Assembly (NCBI GenBank): GCA_013239625.1
Contig: MU054189.1
Location: forward strand, 1-46,958
Direction: 5' to 3'
Origin: Lama guanicoe
Taxonomy: Eukaryota
Length of the DNA: 46,958 nucleotides
This document shows positions 24,301 to 37,021 of this stretch, in pieces; positions within the stretch are counted from its first letter, which is position 1, and the number at the start of each line of letters is the position of its first letter. The position numbers and the translations under genes were made by a program. The notes under the pieces were generated by a model. It made no database searches. It worked only from the letters and a program-made list of their open reading frames with translations, and was not told the origin of the DNA.

Positions 24301-27300
24301 TCATAGAGTGATATGCTGGATAATAAAGCAAGAACTTTCAAAATGCTACATACAAGAGACCCAATTGAGAGAGAAGGACACATAGAGATTGAGAGTGAAA
24401 GGATGGAAAAGAGTATTCCATTCAAATGGAAAAGCCAAAAAAGCAGGTGTTACAGTAGTCATTTCAGATAAAGTAGTCTTTAAAACTAAGGCCATAAAGG
24501 AAGGTAAAGAAGGACATTTTATTCTGATTGAAGGAGTTATACAAGATGAGGATAGCACACACGTTAATATATATGCACCAAATAGAGGAGCTCCTAAATA
24601 CATAAAATAATTACTAACAGATATAAATGGGGATACTAATGGGAATCTAAACATATTTGGAGATTTCAACACTGAATTAACATCACAGGACAGATCACTG
24701 AGATAAAAAATAAATTAGGCAACAGAGAAGTTAAATAATACAATAGAAATATTACACTTGGTGGATATTTTCAGAGCATTGCACCCCCCACAAAATAGTA
24801 TATACATTCTTTTCAAGTGCACATGGGACATTTTCCAGGATTCATGATATACTTGGGCACAAAAGAAACCTCAGCAATTTTAAGAAGACAGAAATTACCT
24901 CAAGCATGTTTACTGAACACAATGCCATGAAGCTATAAATCAACAACAAAGAAACAAATGATAACAAGAGGAAAACATGGAGATTAAACAATATGTTATA
25001 AAAAACCAATGGGAAAATAAAGAAATCAAAGCTGAAATGAAAAAGTACCTTGAGACAAAAGAAAATGAAAGCAAAACGACACAAAATTTATGGGACACAG
25101 CAAAAGCAGTGCTGATAGGGGAGTTTATAGCGATACAGGCCTTCCTCAAAAAAGAAGGACAATCACAAAAAAAATAATTTAACTCACCAGCAGAATGAAC
25201 TAGAAAAATAAGAACAAAAATCGCCAAAGACAGCAAAAAGAAGGAAATCATAAATACTGGGGAGGAAATAAAATAGAGATTCAAAAGAGCATAGGAAAAA
25301 ATTTTACCCAAAAGCTGGTTTTTTAAAAAAGTAAGTAAAATCGACAAATCTCTGGCAAAACTCAAAATGAAGAAAAGAGAGAGAGCACAAATTTGCAAAA
25401 TAAGATAGGAGAATGGAGAAATTACAACAAATAAAATAGAAATACAGAATATCATATGAGAATATTCTGAAGACTATATGGAATCAAACTGTATGACCTA
25501 GACGAGATGGACAAGTTTCTGGAAACATACTGTCCACCAAGACTGAATCTAGAAGAAACTAACCCCTTGAACAAGCAGAGCACAATAAATGAAATCAAAA
25601 TAGCAATATAAAACCTCCCTACGAATAACAGCCCAGGACAGGATGGCTTCACTAAGGAATTCTACCAAACATACAAAGAAGGATCCACATCAGTTTTACT
25701 CAAACTCTACCAGAAGATTGAAAAGGAAGGAATACTCCCAAAGTCATTCTATGAAGCCACATTCACCCTGATACCACAACCAGGCAAAGACACTACCAAA
25801 CAAGAGAATTAAAGGCCAATATCACTGATGAACACAGACGCCAAAATCCTCACCAAAATAGTAGCAAATAGAATCCAAAAACACAGAAAAAAGATTATAC
25901 ATCTTGACCAAGTGGGGATCATGCCAAGGACACAGTTGTGGTTCACCATATGCAAATCAAATCAATGTAAAACAGCACGTCATAAAGAGAAAGGAACAAA
26001 ACCACATGATCATCTCAATAGATGCAGATAAAACATTTGATATAATTCAACACACATGTATGATAAAAATTTTAACCAAAGTGGGCATAGAGGCAACATA
26101 TCTCTGCATCATGAAAGCTACAGATAACAAACCTACAGATAGCATAGTACTCAACGGTGAGAAAGTCAAAATCTTCCCACTAAAAACTGGGACAAGGCAA
26201 TGATGCCCACTCTCACCATTTCTATTAAACACAGTATGGGAAGTCCTAGCAACAGAATTCGGACAAGAAATAAAGTTATTCAAGTTGGATAGAATGAAGT
26301 AAAACTGTTATTATATTAACTTAGATGACCTGATCATCTATATAGAGAACCCTAAAGATTTTCCAGAACAAAACTACTAAAGCTAATAAAGACATTTAGC
26401 CAAGTAGCATGATTCATGATTAATATACAAAAACTGTCACATTTCTCTACCCTAACAGTGATATATTCCATAATTTTAAAAAATTCATATGAAATCAGAT
26501 TAAAAAATGAAAACCCTAAGAAAAACCAAGATAAAAAAATCAATAGGATACTGATAAATAAATTTGAAGGTGATGCAAAGAAATGGAATGAAATCTCAAG
26601 GTCTAGTTGAGATTAATTAATATTGTTAAAATATACATACTACAAAAGATGTCTACAGATATAAAGTGATTCAGCTGGAACTACATGATATTTTCCTCAT
26701 AACTAAAAATACTCCTAAGATTTGTATGGCACTGAAAAAGAACAAGAACTGCAAAAATAACAATGAGAAAAAGAAAAAATTTGGAGGTATAACCCAAACC
26801 CCTCCCAGATCGCAGAATATATTACAAATATACAGTAATCAAAACAGCACAATACTGGAAAACATACAAGCAACTATATCACTGGAACAGAACACATAGG
26901 CAGAAATGAATCATCACATCTATGGTCAACTAAACTATGACAAAGGAAACAAAAATATACAGTGCCTAAAAGACCATCTTCAGCAAGTTATATTGAGAAA
27001 ACTAGACTGCTACATGTAAATCAATGAAATTAGAATGCTCCCTCACACTGTACACAAATAAACTCAAGATGTTTTAATTATCTGAATCTAATACATGACA
27101 CAATAAAACTCCTGGAAACTAACATATGCAAAACAAGAGAGAAATTGTAGTAAAATTTTCTTATGTCATTCTTCCAAGCTGAAAACAATAAAAGCAAAAT
27201 AAATAATAGGTCCTTAATTAAACTTAAAAGATTCTACACAGCAAAATAAACAGAATGAAAAGATGAACTTAAATCTAAGAACACATTAGGAAACTACACA

Positions 27301-27690
27301 ATCAACAAGAGGCTAATTTCTAAAATACACATATCGTTCATTCAACTACATTTCAAAAATCTACAAACAACTCAGACAGGAAATGAGCAGAAGACAATTC
27401 TCTAAAGAAGACACACAGATGACAAACAGGAACATAAATACTTGTTCACATTGCTAATCATTATACAAAGGCAAGACAAAAATTAAATAATGTTTTACCT
27501 CACACTAGTGAGAAGGGCTGTCATCAAAATGTCTCAAATAATAAAAACTGTGGAGGTTGTAGAGAAAAAGGGACTCTCCAACGCTGTTGGTGGGTATGAA
27601 AATTGGTGCAACCACTTTGGTAACAGTATGGAAGCTCCTTTAAATAATAAAAATAGACCTCTCATATGACCCAGAAATCCCAGTCCTGGG
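21346..27690 (+). mobile_element. Near full-length LINE-1: 5'UTR (~21346-22954), ORF1 (~22955-23822), ORF2 (~24233-27690); disrupted; 3'UTR and polyA missing
   Basis: 5' start 'gggtggaggccaagatg'; GC-rich 5'UTR; ORF1 'tataagggaatccccataaggctcccagctgatttc'; ORF2 pieces [90 protein letters not shown]. Many stops and frameshifts. Confidence 0.96.
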
Positions 27691-28215
27691 CATATAAAAC
27701 ATAAAACCTGAAAACAAAGAATCCTAGGGTAAAACATAAGAAGTATACTTGATTTAATTTGATTCTTTATATGTCTCCTCTGGCAAGGGAAGCAGAAACA
27801 AAAGTAACAAAATATGATTAGATCACTCTAAACAGATTTACACTGCAGAAGAAATGGTCAATAAAATGAAAATTCAACCAAAACAATGGGAGAATATATT
27901 TTCAAGTGATATTTTCCAATCAAGTGTTAATATCCAAAATATATGGCAAACACATACACCACAACAACAAAAAAGACCAAACAATCCAATTAAAAAAAAG
28001 TCCATACAAACTGAATAGATAGATTTGAATCAATTTTCTGAAGAAAACATACAGTTGGCAAAATGACACATGAAAATATGTTCAGAGTTATAAATTTTTA
28101 GGAAAGTCATAAACCAAAAATGAGACAAGACCTCACACTTCTCAGAAGGCTCTCATCAAAAAGTAAAGAAATAGATGTTGGAGAGATTGTGGAGAAAAAG
28201 AATAACCGAGGACAC
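27691..28215 (+). mobile_element. Second LINE-1 ORF2 C-terminal fragment
   Basis: Restarts at an L1 position equivalent to ~27090 ('aaacctgaaaacaaagaatcctagggtaaaacataag') and runs to 'gatgttggagagattgtggagaaaaag'. Confidence 0.75.
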
Positions 28216-28743
28216 TGTGTATGCAAAGAATNNNNNNNNNNNNNNNNNNNNNNNNNNNNNNNNNNNNNNNNNNNNNNNNNNNNTTCAAGGGATGTTTGTA
28301 GGCCCCTGTCTGAAGGCTGTAGAGATTAAGCCCATGGGCTGAACTGATAAACAAGCTGTGAGGAATGTCACATATTCAGGCTGGATAAGAAATGGCCTAC
28401 TCAATGTATCCAGTATGGATGGCTGGATACCCAATGATGGCTAAGTTCCTCAGAGGAGGACAACCTACGGCAGACACAGCCGCCGGCTGGATAAGAGATG
28501 GCCTGCTTAATGAAGTTCCGTGATGAACTTGAAAACAATCCTTGATCATTTAACATCCTGTGCTTTCTGCAGGAGCATCAGGACATAAATAGCTTAAGAT
28601 TATTAACATTGTTATAACTTAGATGATATATGAGGTATTGTGCATGTCCTATATAAACCCTTCTTCTAATAATCAATGAACAGAGAACTGCTTCGCTTCT
28701 CTCCACACAGTGTTTTTGTATATATGTTATCGTGCCACTGACA
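28216..28743 (+). mobile_element. Probable solo ERV LTR (contains N gap 28232-28283)
   Basis: TG start near 28216-28218 and 'ccactgaca' end; U3-like direct repeats 'ggctggataaga.atggcct.ct.aatg' at 28379 and 28485; TATAAA at 28652; GC richer than the flanks. Confidence 0.6.
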
Positions 28744-28769
28744 GGGTTAATTTAATTTGTTGGGAGTGT

Positions 28770-29600
28770 CTTAAAAGGATGTTGCATTATATACAATGCT
28801 CTTTCTGCACCTATTGAGATGATTATGTGAGTTTTGCTTTTCATTCTATTAGTGTGGCATGTCACCTTTATTGATTTGAATATTTTGAAGTCTCCTTAAA
28901 CCCAGGGATAAATCCCTTTACTCATGTATGTGTATGATACATTAAATGTGTTGTTGAATTCATTTTGCTTGTGTTTTGTTGAGAATTTTGGCACATATTT
29001 TCATCAGGGATAATATTCTATATTTTGCATATAATGTCTTTTCTAGCATTGTATTGCAAATAAAGCTGGCACCATAAAATAAGTTTGGAAACTTTCACCC
29101 CCTTCAAATTCTTGGAAGATTTGGGGAAGACTTGGTGAAAAATTGTCTTCAAATTTATGACAGAATTCACCAGTAAAGTCATCTAGTATATATTTTCTTG
29201 TTTGGGAGGTTTGGATTTCTGATTTACTCATACACACTTTTGCTCTATTTAAATTTCTAATTTTTTCTTGATTCAGTATTGGAAGACATATGATTCTGGG
29301 AATTTGTCTTTTGTTCTAGGTCATTCAAATTGTTGGCTAGTGGTAATTTCTTATGATGCTCTGTATCTCTACACATCTACAATATCTTCTCTTTTATTTC
29401 TAATTTAATTTCAATCTTTATTTTCTTAGCCAACCTAAATGTTTGTCCAATTTATGTTTAAAAGAAACAGACTTATGTATATTTTATATCTTTTCAATTA
29501 TTTCTCTTGTTATTTCCCTTACTCTGATTCATTCAATTTTCTCATTATTCTTTCTGTTTTCTCCTAGATTCTTGATGTGTAAAGATAAGTAGTGTGAATA
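28770..29600 (-). mobile_element. Old LINE-1 ORF2 fragment
   Basis: 'ctttctgcacctattgagatgattatgtg' and 'cagaattcaccagtaaagtcatctag'; minus ORF 29043-29237 contains DDFTGEFCHKFED (L1 DGFTAEFYQTFKE). Confidence 0.85.
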
Positions 29601-32600
29601 TTTGTATTTCTTTTATTATTAAATATTATTTATATAGTTATTATTTATTCATTTACTTACATAATCATTTACTTATTTACTTATTTATTCATTTATTTAT
29701 CAATGAAGTACTACCATTTACAATGTGTCAATCTATGGTTTATAGCAGAATGTCCAAATTCATGCATATGTTTTTGTGCCTATTAAAATAAACTTCATGA
29801 TATTTACATACAGCCCTGTGTCATACAAAAGGCATTTTGAAAATATCTATTGTTATATATAGTTGATAACATTTATATCTCTACAGCTCCCAAATATATC
29901 ATCTCTTAGCCCCTTTCTTCATTAACCATGAGATTATAAAGTAGGTCTGCAAGTTTGTTTCAGTTTTGTAAATGGAATCATAGTGTTCTCATCCAAATTT
30001 TTTTAATGTTCTACATATGTGATGTTATGTATTATTTTTCTTTCTCTTTCTGACTAACTTCAATTAGAATGACACTATTTGGGACATTCATTTTGCTGCA
30101 ATTGTCATTGTTTTATCATTTTCTATGGTAGAATATAATTCCATTGTGTAAATATGGCATAAATTCTGCATATTGTCATCTCTTGATGGACAATTAATGT
30201 TCTTCCATGTCGTGGCTCTTGTCTATAGCACTGCTTAGAATATTGGGATGCAGGTGTCTTTTTGACTTAGGGTTCTCTTTGATATATACCCAGATGTGGG
30301 ATTGCTGGATCATATGTTAAGTCTAGTTTTATTCTTTTGAGGAAACACCATCCTGTTTTCCACAAAGACTGCAACAAACTATATTCCTACCAACAGTGTA
30401 GGAGTGGTCACTTTCTCTACAGCTTCCCCAGCATTTTTTGTTTGTAGAGTTTTGAATGATGGCCATTGTGACTATTGTGAGTTGATATTTCATTATAGTT
30501 TTGAATTTCCCTTCTCTGATAAAGATAGTGAGCAATTTTTTTTCATATTTCTATGTGGTTTTTGTATGTCTCTAATGGAGATTTGCTTGCTTAGGGCTTC
30601 TGTACATATTCATATTGGGTTTCTTGGTTTTTTATTATTGTTAGTGTTTATGAACTCTTTATATTTTAGAAATTTAGCCTTTTTCAGTTGCATCAATTCT
30701 AAATATTTTCTTTAATCCTGTAGGTTGTCATTTTGACTTGTTTATGGTTCCCTTTACTGTGCAAAAGCTTATAAGTTTAATTAGGTCCCATTTATTAAAT
30801 TTGCTCTTACATCCATTACCTGGGTAGGCTGTTCTAGGAGATCATTGCTGAGATTTATCTCAGAGTGTTTTCCAAATGTTTTCTTCTAGGAGATTTACTA
30901 TGTCTTGGCTTACGTTTAAGTCTTCAAGTCATTTTGAGTTTATACTTGTGTAAGGAGTGAAGGAGTATTCTAACTCCATTGTTCTGATGCTGATACCCAG
31001 TTTTCCCAACACCAGTTGGTGAAGAGATGGCATTTTCTCTGTCATATTCTTGGCTACTCTGTCAAATATTAAAAGAACATAGGCCTGTAGATTTATTCCT
31101 AGGCTCTCTATTCTATTGCATTTGTCCATATGCCTGTTTCTGTACCAATATCATGTCATTTTGATTATTGTAGCTCTGCAAAAGTGTATGGAGTCCAGGC
31201 GGGTTATTCTCCCAGCCTATTTCTTTGTCTTCAATATTGTTTTGGAAATTGTGGATCTTTTTTGATTATATATAAATCATATGGTCATTTGTTTCATTCC
31301 TAAATAGAAATGTTTTGCATAATTTGATAGGAACTCCGATTAAGTCTGTAGATTTCCTTGGGCAGTATGGCCATTTAAACAATATTATTTCTTCAATTAT
31401 TAGACCATTGGGTATCTTTTCAATTCTTCAAATTTTTCTTGATTACCTTCATCAATATTTTCTTGTTTTCTATGTATAAGTCATTTGCCTCCTTGGTCAG
31501 AGTTATGAATAAACATTTTATAGTTTTGGGTGAAGTTATAAAAGGGGTTGTTTTTATACTTTTTTTCCTGTTGATTCAATGTTAGTGTAAAGAAATCTAA
31601 ATGGTTTTTGTACATTACTCTCTCTACCTTTCCCATTTCCTTTTATTGCCTAAGTTATATTTTGTGAAACTTTTACAATTTTCTATATACAGTGTAATGT
31701 CTGCATATCGTGACAATTTTACCTCTTCTTTTCCAGTCTGAATTTTTATTTCTTTTTCTTGCCTGATCGTTGTGGGTAAGAATTTCAAGACTATATTGAA
31801 TTGAAATTGTGAGAATGGGCATCCTTGTCTTGTCTCCGGTACCGGTTTTTGAGTTTTCCAGTTTTTCACCATTGAGTATTTTGCTGGCTATATGTTTGTG
31901 GTAAATAGTTTTCATTATGTTGAAATATGATCCCTCGATGCCCATTGTGATAAGAACTTTTATTGCAAATAGGTGTTAAATTATATTAAATGATTTTTCT
32001 GCATCTACTGAGATGATCATATCATTTTTGTCTTCTCTTTTTTTGATATGGTGTTTCATAATTTATTAATTGATTTGCATATGTTAAACCATCCTTGTGT
32101 TCCTGGGATGAACCCAACTTTTTCATGGTGAATGGTCTTTTTTTTTAAATGCTGTTGGATTCTGTTAATAATTTCTTAAGGACATTTACATCTATGTTTA
32201 TCAATGATATTGGCCTATAGTATTCTTCTTGGGGTAATGTCTTTGGTTTTCTTATCGGTTTGATTTTGGCCTTATGGTGTGAGTTTGGGAGTACTCTCTC
32301 CATATCAATCTTTTGGAAGAATTTGAGTTGGAATTGTATGGATTTTTCCTTGTATGTTTGGTCAAATTCCTCAGTGAAGCTATTTGGGTCTGAATTTCGT
32401 TTGCAGAGATTTTTTATTTAATTGATAATTCTATTCCAGTTTTGGTGATCTTTCTGTTCAAATGGTTAATCTCTTCTTGATGCAATAATGCTGGGATGAA
32501 TGTTTCCAAAAACTTCTCCATTTCTTCCTGGTTATCCAGTTTGTTTCCATAAAGTTGCTCATGGTATTCCCTTATGATATGTTTTAAATTTGTTGTACAC

Positions 32601-34355
32601 TTTGTAGTTTCTCCATTTTCATTTCTTATATTATTTTTGTTCTCTCTCTTTTCTTGCTGGTGAGCCTGTCCAGAGATTTGTCAATTTTGTTTACTATTTC
32701 AAAAAAGAGTTTGACTGATTTTTTTCTATTTTTTTAACTTTATTTCATTCTTCCTCCCTTCATCTTTATTTTTTCCTTTTTTCTGCTGACTTTTGGTTTT
32801 GCTTGCTCTTCTTTTCTTGATTAGTTTACATAGAAAATTAGATTATTTATTACAAATTGTTCTTCTACTTTAGGAGGGTCTTGTCACTCTGAACTTCCCT
32901 CTTAAGCGTGCTGTAACTGTATTCCATAGACTTTGTGTAGTGTTTTGTCATATTTCTCAAGATATTTTTTAATTTCTTCTTTTACTTCATCACCTACCCC
33001 CCTTGTTTTAATACCATGTTTTTTAATCTGGATGCTGTTATTTTTCTCCCTGTTTTTCTGTGATTGACTTCTAGTTTCATGGTATTATATTCAGAAAAGC
33101 TGCTTGAAATTATTTTTATCTTCTTAAATTTGTTGAGGCTTCTTCAGTGCCTGAGTTCATAATCTTTCCTAGAAAATGTTCCATGTGCACAGGAAAAGAA
33201 TGTATATTCTCTTTTGGGGAGAAGTACTGTTTTGAAAATGTCAACCATCTCCAATTATTTTATAATGACTTTTAGTATCTTTGTTCCCTTATTAATTTCC
33301 TGTGTGAAAGACCAGTCCAGTGGTGGTAATGGGAAGCTGTAGTCTCCTACTGTGATTGTGTTCCCAGGGATTTCTCTCTTTTTATCTATTAGTATTTGCT
33401 TTTCTTTTAGGTGCTCCTATATTGAGTGCATATATCATAATGAGTATAATATCCTCATGTTGTATTGCTTCTCTAATCATTATGTCGTGTCCTTGTTTAT
33501 CTTTCTCTATGGCCTTTCTTGCAAATTCTATTTTGTGTGAAGTCAGTACTGCTAGTCCTGCTTTCCTGTCAAGGGCATTTGCATGGAATATAATTCTCCA
33601 TCTTCTGATTTTCAATTGATGTGTGTTCCTCTTACTAAAGTTGGCCTCTTGTATGCTTCATAATGTAGGGTCTTGTTATATTATCCCATCTGTCAATATA
33701 TATCTTTTTATTGAAGCACTAAGTCCATTAACATTTGTGATAATTATTGATAGACTCTTGTTTATTTCCATTTGAACTTCATTTTCCTGTTGATTTGGTA
33801 TTTCCTTTTTGTTCATTTCTTTTTCTTTTTGTGGCTTGATAAGTTTTCTTTTATTTTCTTGGTTTCTTTTTGACTTTGTGAATTCATTGTAAGCTTTTGA
33901 GGTATGCATACTTTGTTTTGTATTTATATTGACCCGTACTATATCTGTTTGATTTAACTGATAAGAATACAAATTCAAACCCATCCTACAGGGAACGGAA
34001 ACAAGAAGAAACCACTCTGTATTGTCCTGTTTCACTCTCTGACCCTTAAAACTTTTGATGTCCTGTTTGATAACATCATATTTATTCTGTTGTATACCAT
34101 TGTAGCTATTGTCTTTATAATTATGCCTTTGTCTTTTCTATAGCATCCTGCTTTTTTTTTATTTAGAGTAGATCTTTCATTATTTCTTTTTCTTTTGCTA
34201 AATTCTTTTAATATTTGCATGTGTGGAAGTTATTTATATCTCCTTCTATTCTAAAGTGTAGCCTTGCTTGATAAACTATCTTAGAATACAGTTTCCTTTC
34301 ATTCAGTATTTTGAATATGTCTTGCCACTGCCTTCTGCCTGCTGTATTTGTGTAG
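29601..34355 (-). mobile_element. 5'-truncated LINE-1 (~4.7 kb): (TTTA)-like tail, 3'UTR, ORF2, inter-ORF spacer, ORF1 3' end
   Basis: Tail-derived TTTA repeats ~29600-29700; ORFs 31624-31945 ([28 protein letters not shown]), 33382-33615 (IFHAN...KAGLAVL) and 34208-34408 (RRQWQDIFKILNE..YSKIVYQARL). Confidence 0.93.
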
Positions 34356-34399
34356 GAAATGAGTTTACAAATATTATATATATAATTATATATATATGT

Positions 34400-34943
34400 A
34401 AAGAACACCTAGAAATGAAGTTAGCAAATAATGTAAAAAACTATATGTGAAAATACAGAAAACTTTGATGAATGAACTTAAAACTTATCCAAAGAAACTA
34501 ATAGATCTCTTATGTTATTGATGCAAAACAATGTGGTTGAAACAACCATACTACACAATGGAATCTACATTTAGTGGGATTCATGTCAAAATACCAGTTA
34601 GATTTTTCCATTAAACAGAAGAAATATTTTCAAAATTTATATGTAATCACAAAGATCATGAGTTGCCAAAATATTCTTGAAAAAGAGTATTAAATCTAGT
34701 GATGTAAAGTTCTCTGATGTTAAACAGTCCTACAAAGCTTTAGTAATTAAAACAAAATGATACTGGCTCAAAAACAGGCACCAATCAAAAGAAGAGAATA
34801 GAGCAACCAGATATAATCCCTCACACCTATGATCAATTAACCCATGAAAAAGGAAGCAAACAAAATGAAGCATTCTCCTCAATAAATAGTGCTGGGGAGA
34901 TTAAACATGTAAAAGATAGATTAGAATATTTCCTCACACTGTA
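34400..34943 (+). mobile_element. LINE-1 ORF2 3'-half fragment (longer paralogue of 2135-2537)
   Basis: 'cctacaaagctttagtaattaaaacaaaatgatactggctcaaaaacagg'. Confidence 0.78.
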
Positions 34944-35715
34944 TACAATCCATGAGCACAGAATATCTTTCTATTTATTTTCTGTACTTATATTTCTTGC
35001 ACCTGGAATTTATAGATCTATGTTTAGATCTTTGATTTCACTTACCAAATTTACTCCTATATTATTCTTTTTGGGATAATCTTACACACAATTATTTTCC
35101 TAATTACTTTTTCTGATAATGTGTTGTTACTATATAAAAATGCAACGGATATTTGTATATTGATTTTGTAATCTGCAAGTTTACTAAGTTTGTTCATTAC
35201 TTCTAACAGTCACTGGAGGATTCTATGGAGTTTTCTATCTATGCATAATTGTGTCTTCTGTAAAAACTTCAATGCTTTTTTGCAATTTGGATGACTTTTT
35301 TATTATTTCTTGACTAGTTGTTCTGGCTAGGATTTGTAGTAGTGTAATTTAGGACTTGTGAAAATGAGCTACTTTTTCTTATTACTGGACTAGAGGAATA
35401 TCTTCCTGTATGTTAACACTGAACTTGATGTTAGACTTGGGTTTTTTAATATATACCTTTTATTATGTATAGTTAAATTCTATCTAGAGAGAATTTGTGA
35501 AGAATATTTTTCTAAAAAATTTTAAGATCAGATCTGTCAATAATTTTCCTACAATTTTGAGATTGTTATTTTGAATTGTTTGTTTTTTATGGGATGGTAT
35601 CACATAGGTACATTTGCACATGTTAAATAATGTTTATGAATGAGGAATAAATCCAAATTAACTATAGTACATAATACTTATAATATGCTATGAATTCGGG
35701 TTGCTAATATTTAAT
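34944..35715 (-). mobile_element. LINE-1 ORF2 fragment (paralogue of 2538-3305)
   Basis: 'caatccatgagcacagaatatctttctattt' through 'gaattcgggttgctaatattt'. Confidence 0.75.
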
Positions 35716-36365
35716 TTTAGTGGAATTTACAGATACTGAAAGAAAAATTTTCATTGTAGCTTGAGGGTACATTTATTTATTTAAAAATTTTATCTCTCAT
35801 TTTGAATTTGTTTTATGTATAATGGAAATTATTTTAAAATAAGTAATATAAATTTTGGTAGAATTGGATTTACTACGGTTTACTGATACATAACATAGCT
35901 ATTATTTACAGTTATTGCACAAAACACTTGCTTAAAATGCTGTATTATAGTAAGAATGCCAACAGTTTCAGGACTGAGAAACATATTGCTTCCTAAAATG
36001 CATTACCTGGTCTTTTCCACCCCAACCCACATATACTGTTCTTTCTTTCTTTTTTGATTTTTTCTTTGCTTGCCCATTAATGGAGGCACTGTTTATTGAA
36101 CCCAGGATCTTGTGCATAAGTGTATTTATCAACATCAATTTGGAAAACTTAACAGAAGCCACAAGAGTAATGAGTATAATGATGACAAGAAAATTTATTA
36201 CTTGTGTGGACAGAAAAATCTCTGAGTGAAAGAATGGCAAAAATAAACATTTGTAAATATACAATAAGATTGTCTCTTTGTAATTTTAAAGTAGAATATT
36301 AAATTACATTTATTTTACTTATAGCACTGAATTACAATTTAAAACAATAATTTCCCCCTTTGGGA

Positions 36366-36576
36366 NNNNNNNNNNNNNNNNNNNNNNNNNNNNNNNNNNN
36401 NNNNNNNNNNNNNNNNNNNNNNNNNNNNNNNNNNNNNNNNNNNNNNNNNNNNNNNNNNNNNNNNNNNNNNNNNNNNNNNNNNNNNNNNNNNNNNNNNNNN
36501 NNNNNNNNNNNNNNNNNNNNNNNNNNNNNNNNNNNNNNNNNNNNNNNNNNNNNNNNNNNNNNNNNNNNNNNNNNNN
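36366..36576. other. Assembly gap (211 N); other gaps at 28232-28283 and 46515-46863
   Basis: Runs of N in the sequence. Confidence 1.
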
Positions 36577-36858
36577 ACCTTTTCTGCAGGTTTTACATAA
36601 AATTTCACTTTAAATTCCATATCTTAAAAATTATTTAATATATTTTGTGCATTACTTATACTCTTTTTCACTAATCTGGTATAAATTTGTGTAGAAAAGG
36701 ATGGAGATTGGTTTTGTTTCATAGACACCAATATTAAATTATCTAAAAATATATTGTGCAGATAATATTTGCAGAACACACTATAAAAATAAGCATCCTA
36801 TATGTTTCATTTTAACTGGATGAATGAGAAGGAAACATTGGCTGAATATTACCCTTGA

Positions 36859-36890
36859 GTTGCTAGGAGACTAATCATTTTGTGATGTAA
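36859..36890 (+). promoter_or_regulatory. Putative HSFY promoter module: RFX X-box GTTGCTAGGAGAC plus CRE-like TGATGTAA
   Basis: 36859-36871 reverse-complements to GTCTCCTAGCAAC, containing the CCTAGCAAC X-box core; CRE-like octamer at 36883-36890; same 24-bp spacing as copy A. Confidence 0.45.
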
Positions 36891-37021
36891 AAATTACTCA
36901 AGTTGAGAACAATTCTGATGGCCTAGCAGTTTATCTTTGCAGGCCTGCCAAAGCAGCATTTGAAGCTGCAGTGCTAAAATCATGCAGATCAGAAAAGTAC
37001 CTGTAGAAAAAGTTATTTGAG

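Noticed and set aside
24233..27690. Potentially active L1 ORF2
   Set aside because: The start is mutated to ATA, with many stops and frameshifts and no 3' end.
36904..36916. Possible heat shock element (GAAcaaTTC) for autoregulation
   Set aside because: The spacer is 3 nt instead of 2, there are only two units, and it is not conserved in unit A.
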